DNA from: Candidatus Kapaibacterium sp.
GTDB lineage: Bacteria; Bacteroidota; Ignavibacteria; Kapaibacteriales; Kapaibacteriaceae
DNA length: 64,000 bases
Direction of reading: 5' to 3'
Assembly: GCA_030830285.1 (NCBI GenBank)
Contig: JAURNF010000218.1
Span: forward strand, 3,354 to 67,353
The notes beneath the pieces are model-generated. The model saw nothing but the letters and a program-made list of their open reading frames with translations. It was not told where the DNA came from and did no database searches. Both the position numbers and the translations under genes were made by a program. Shown piece by piece: positions 59,714 through 64,000 of the stretch (positions within the stretch are counted from its first letter, which is position 1; each line of letters opens with the position of its first letter).

Positions 59714-61621
59714 TCACTTAATCACAGCACGCACACTGCGATTCGCAATTCGTTGCATTGGTGTAGTGTTTGATCCATCGCTTGATGGCTGACGAGCAAT
59801 CGTAACATCCGTAGCACGAGTGCCGAGAAGACGCACGGCACTGCGCGCACGACGTTCCATCAAGGCATCGTTGTATGTGGCATCACCCAATTCGTCGCAG
59901 CTGGCAATCAACGTCACACGCTTACCTGCAGCAAGAGCTTCCTTTACACGACGGATACCATCGGGATTCGTCGTCGAGAAGTCGTCCTTATCGAAGTCGC
60001 AATAGCCGATGACAACTGCATCATCCTGGATGTACGAGGGTTGGATGCGCACAACAGGTAGTTGCTGCACGGCAGAAGTTGCACGCACATTAACCGATGC
60101 TGTCGATGTGGTCCAAGCACCCGTACTGTCAACTACCTCACAGCTGATGCGCAACGGTTCTGTGCTTTCGGATCCGTCGCTCATTGGCAACACAACACGA
60201 TACATTGGTCCATCACCGACGACATCAACACGGCGACTTCCAAGCGTGGCTCTGACAGTAGAGGCACATGGTCCGGCCTCGCACGTAAGGATGTGAGCAA
60301 CAGGAATCGTCAGTTCGCGTGCACGGCGTGACGTGTCGGATGTGATGATTGGAACGACCATCGGGACGCCATCTATCAGGAAGCGCACCGAACGATGTTC
60401 GTCAGCAAGCTGTGGGTATGCATAGTCGCCAGTTACTTCCGTACGAACTTCAATGCGTGACATCGCATCGAGTCCGAGCTGCGCAACTGCCCATGACACA
60501 CGCTCGCGAGCGAGCTGGGCTGGCTCATCAGTCACTGCAGAGCCGATCACGGTAATGCGCACAGACGGATGCTCTGTGACGTACGCACGAACACCATCAA
60601 TCACGCGTTGCTGATATGCATCGAGCTTCGACGTCGCATCAGCGATTGGCGCAGTACTTCCCTTCTGGAAGAACAGCACGGGAGCCGCTTCGTACATCGT
60701 TGTGGCAATTGTATTGTCTGATCCTACCAATTCCACCACGCCGTTGGTTCGACGTGCCTCAATCTGTAGATCAGAGCGCAGCGCCGCAATTCGTGGCGGC
60801 GGTGGTGCCGGTGGCGGTGGTGCCGGCGCAGCCGGGGGGGGCGGCGGGGGTGCCTTCTGCAACCGCAATCGCACATCAACCCCTGCTCGGAGTGCACTTG
60901 CACTCCAGTTCGTCGTTGTTGCAATGTTCGTCAGGGCATGCTGGTAACTCAACGATGGCACAATGGCAATCGTCGGTGAGAGCGTGTATTCGTAGTAGAC
61001 ACCTGCGTTGAGCGCAGCATACAATCCTGCTGCATTCGGGATATCGCCACTTCCTACGTTGCGCGTGCGAGAGCCGTTCTCGTAGGTATAGCCTGATAGT
61101 GTGGGATCAACGAGTGATTCGGACTGCTCAAATGTTGCGCCGAGCGGAATACCTGAGGTGAAGCCAACGCGCACTCGCAAGGGCATGTTGATCGGCAGTG
61201 GCAGCGATACGTAAGGTGAGATACCGACAATGGCATAACCTATCGAAAGATCATGCCGAGAAACACCGTCCGACACGTTCTGTCCGCTAATGATGTTGCC
61301 GAACTTCTCGTCAACCTGCATGGATGCAGACAGACCTTGATACGCGATACGGGCACCAAGCTGAACGTCATTTCCTGCGATGCGCAGACCGATCGGCGCT
61401 TCAATTCCAGCACCGATTCCAAACGACAAGCCATTGCCCGATGTGAACTCGGCACAACAACTTGGTATGGTTGAAATACGGCGCATCGCACCGCTCTGCA
61501 ATGAGAGACCCGCCTCAATACCACCCGAGAGTCGATACGGAAGGAGCGTCGTGTCCGATTGCGCAACTGCAGATGTGCAGAACAAGACGAACGCGAGTGC
61601 TGTTGCTGTTGTAGTTCTCAT
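59714..61621 (-). CDS. OmpA-family outer-membrane protein (N-terminal barrel, Pro-rich hinge, two OmpA-C-like domains)
   Basis: Signal peptide (AVA|Q); beta-strand pattern; APPPPPPAAPAPPPP hinge; DELGDATYNDALMERRA and NRSV motifs. Confidence 0.75.
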   Translation of the reverse strand: MRTTTATALAFVLFCTSAVAQSDTTLLPYRLSGGIEAGLSLQSGAMRRISTIPSCCAEFTSGNGLSFGIGAGIEAPIGLRIAGNDVQLGARIAYQGLSASMQVDEKFGNIISGQNVSDGVSRHDLSIGYAIVGISPYVSLPLPINMPLRVRVGFTSGIPLGATFEQSESLVDPTLSGYTYENGSRTRNVGSGDIPNAAGLYAALNAGVYYEYTLSPTIAIVPSLSYQHALTNIATTTNWSASALRAGVDVRLRLQKAPPPPPPAAPAPPPPAPPPPRIAALRSDLQIEARRTNGVVELVGSDNTIATTMYEAAPVLFFQKGSTAPIADATSKLDAYQQRVIDGVRAYVTEHPSVRITVIGSAVTDEPAQLARERVSWAVAQLGLDAMSRIEVRTEVTGDYAYPQLADEHRSVRFLIDGVPMVVPIITSDTSRRARELTIPVAHILTCEAGPCASTVRATLGSRRVDVVGDGPMYRVVLPMSDGSESTEPLRISCEVVDSTGAWTTSTASVNVRATSAVQQLPVVRIQPSYIQDDAVVIGYCDFDKDDFSTTNPDGIRRVKEALAAGKRVTLIASCDELGDATYNDALMERRARSAVRLLGTRATDVTIARQPSSDGSNTTPMQRIANRSVRAVIK

Positions 61622-64000
61622 CGTACAATCACCATGCGTGTTGTGGTTGTACGTGTTCCGCTGCGGAGATGCACGGTGTAGACACCTGCGCCGAGCGATT
61701 GTGTTGCCAGATCTACTTGATACGTGCCGGCTGACGGTAGTACAACTCGATCCTGCTGCACAACGTCGCCCTGTGTTGTTGTGATCATCACATCGAGATC
61801 TACAACAACGTCTGACTGAACCTCGAGTACTGCACGATCGACGCTCGGATTAGGAACAACACGAGCGCGAACAAACGGAGCAGGATGAAGCACGCGTCTG
61901 CTAGGATCTGGTCCAGCGATGCGAAGCACTCCAGACTCGTAGCGCACACCAACACTCACACCAAATCCCGATGCCGTTGTGTCGAACGCAATGATTGTGG
62001 AATCAATCTCGGCGATACCTGCCGGACCCGTCAGTGTTGCCAAAGTGGTATCCCGCAGGTAATTCCCGTTGATGCGGAATCGAATCAGACGCTGATCGTT
62101 GACAATCTCTTGCGAGAGAAGTTCTGCAGAACCAGCTGGACTCTCGATTGACTGTGCGATGAACAGTCGTGGGTTGACAAGGATTGCACCCTCATACGGA
62201 CGAAGTCCATTGTAGGTGACATTTTCACCGAGTGATGCTCGCAGCACAATTGCAACCGAGCCACGAGGGTCTGCCGTTATGCGCGGGGCGCGTACAATCG
62301 CTGATCCGGTATACGCTGCCAAGCGAATGCCTACCGACGATGCACACGGAACGAATGCGAAGTCGATACGATCGTTTGGACGAATCACTCCACCATTGTA
62401 CTGAACTCGAAGCTGAATCGAATCGCCAGGTGCAATCGTCACTGGAAGCGGAGTAAGCACTGTAAATGGCGCACCCGCAGGGAGCGAAGCAGCGTTCAGG
62501 GTGACAGCATTTGCTGAACGATTACCGAGCGTGACGGTGCGCTCAGTGACTTCTGGAATGAATGCAAGTGTCGGATGGCTGATTGCGATGTCAGCACCAG
62601 CACCGTATCCAAACACGCGAATCCTGCGCGTAACACTTACTTGACCAGCATACGTGATCACAACCTCGTCGGTATCGTTGCCAAGGCGACGTGGAGTGAA
62701 GAGCAATTCAATCTGCTGTGTCGATCCAGGCGCGAGTGTCGCACCAGGAGTTACTCCACGAATGCGGAACTGCGTTTGCGTTCCCTTGCGCATTGTGATG
62801 CCATCGATGACAACAGGTATCGGATCGTCATTGCGCACCAATGCGAGTGTGCGACGTCCGGTATCACCAACGCAGACTTCACCGAAATCCGTTCCATCAC
62901 CAGAGAGCGTCAGTGATCGATCGACACTCGTGATATAGAATGGAATCCGGAACCGCGCCTCGCACGCCTGAATCTCGAGCGTGTCCACCAGACGACCGGT
63001 GTCGAGTGGAACGGCCTTGAAGCGCAAGCCGAGACATGCACCAGGCATCACCGTATCGTTCTCAATTGGATCAACAAGTGTGAGCCAATTGTTTCGGAAC
63101 AGTGTCCCATATGTAAACACTGCTGGCACTAGACCTGTGTTGCAGATTGTTGCTGTGATGATCGTATCGACCTGCGTACCGATATAGTGACGTCCGACAG
63201 AGATCTCGCGGATCTGCATATCGAGCGGCACGATTTGGAACGTCGTGTCGCTGCGGTCCTCTTCAGGAGAGATGATCCGGCGCAAGAGCACGTTGTCGAC
63301 CTGATCGTTGGAGCATGAAGCGAGCGTGGATCCGTCAGGACCATACTCGATGTCGCGCAACACATTGCTGTGTCCTGGCATGCCAAGGATTGGACCCGCG
63401 ATCTGGCGATTAACAATGTCGTACTGACGAATCTGTGGTTGACCTTCAAAGCCCATCGTGAGGAACGTCTCACTCACATTGAACGTAAGTCCGACGGTGT
63501 TCAAGCCCTCACGATATGCCACACGGATCAGCGCGTCTTGCTTGGTATCGTAGATGAACGTACGCTGCTCCATTGGAGCGTTGCCCTTTCCGGGATCGGC
63601 ACTGCCGCCCGGACCCAGGTTCGCAGCTCCACCTATTGCCACCAATCCAGCGGTCGAAGTTGAAGCAACGGTATATGGCGCTGGTCCTGCATTACGAGCA
63701 AGGTTTGTGCGATAGCGCGACAGCTCCGCACGCGTCGTTGCACCATAGCGAACGACATCACCATCAATTTGTGCGATCGTCAGGACACCATCAGCAAACG
63801 TTGCCGCTGATGACGGTGCAGTAAGAACGATTGGTTGATCTTCGACAAGCGTTGCTGCGTCGTAATAGCGCACGCGTCCAGATGGAGCACCAACAACGAT
63901 CAGCCGCTCACCTGTCGTGGATGATCCGATTTCAATGACGTTTGGCATGTCAACATCAGCACGAGCAATAGGAGTTGCTCCACCAGCATTGAACACCTGA
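61618..64000 (-). CDS. T9SS cargo protein, 5'-truncated by the window: WD40-like repeats, ASH/Ig-like domains, cohesin-like domain, CTD
   Basis: GHSNVLRDIEYGPDGSTLASCSND (WD40-like); DFGEVCVG, LAPG...LFTP (ASH-like); VVPNPS...LGAGVYTV...VIVR CTD; frame open at the window edge. Confidence 0.8.
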   Translation of the reverse strand, partial: QVFNAGGATPIARADVDMPNVIEIGSSTTGERLIVVGAPSGRVRYYDAATLVEDQPIVLTAPSSAATFADGVLTIAQIDGDVVRYGATTRAELSRYRTNLARNAGPAPYTVASTSTAGLVAIGGAANLGPGGSADPGKGNAPMEQRTFIYDTKQDALIRVAYREGLNTVGLTFNVSETFLTMGFEGQPQIRQYDIVNRQIAGPILGMPGHSNVLRDIEYGPDGSTLASCSNDQVDNVLLRRIISPEEDRSDTTFQIVPLDMQIREISVGRHYIGTQVDTIITATICNTGLVPAVFTYGTLFRNNWLTLVDPIENDTVMPGACLGLRFKAVPLDTGRLVDTLEIQACEARFRIPFYITSVDRSLTLSGDGTDFGEVCVGDTGRRTLALVRNDDPIPVVIDGITMRKGTQTQFRIRGVTPGATLAPGSTQQIELLFTPRRLGNDTDEVVITYAGQVSVTRRIRVFGYGAGADIAISHPTLAFIPEVTERTVTLGNRSANAVTLNAASLPAGAPFTVLTPLPVTIAPGDSIQLRVQYNGGVIRPNDRIDFAFVPCASSVGIRLAAYTGSAIVRAPRITADPRGSVAIVLRASLGENVTYNGLRPYEGAILVNPRLFIAQSIESPAGSAELLSQEIVNDQRLIRFRINGNYLRDTTLATLTGPAGIAEIDSTIIAFDTTASGFGVSVGVRYESGVLRIAGPDPSRRVLHPAPFVRARVVPNPSVDRAVLEVQSDVVVDLDVMITTTQGDVVQQDRVVLPSAGTYQVDLATQSLGAGVYTVHLRSGTRTTTTRMVIVR

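Overview
A gene-dense 64-kb bacterial chromosomal window with about 43 CDS and no rRNA, tRNA, CRISPR or transposase detected. Several signatures point to the Bacteroidota/Chlorobi/Ignavibacteria group, plausibly Candidatus Kapabacteria (inference). These are seven proteins with type IX secretion (T9SS) C-terminal domains, TAnnTTTG -7 promoter elements, signal peptides cleaved before Gln, and an atp operon lacking atpD/atpC. Housekeeping genes: phoPR-like two-component system, paaBCD, obgE, radA, crtB, F-type ATP synthase genes, hldD, ddl, family-4 UDG, clpC, dnaX, bcp, upp. Standout observations: (1) an intact TatD nuclease running in frame into a signal peptide and an outer-membrane beta-barrel-like protein; (2) a ~3573-aa NIDO-like/Ig-repeat T9SS surface protein with a long structured 5' leader, upstream palindromes and a strong terminator; (3) hldD inserted between atpA and atpG, with a putative GT-C glycosyltransferase downstream; (4) repeated -7 promoter motifs 4-6 nt before start codons, suggesting leaderless mRNAs; (5) a four-hairpin array between atpE and atpF; (6) a palindromic element duplicated in frame inside a hypothetical gene; (7) tandem T9SS subtilases, one with a Cys-Cys pair beside the catalytic Ser. 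All calls come from reading motifs by eye; no database searches were run.
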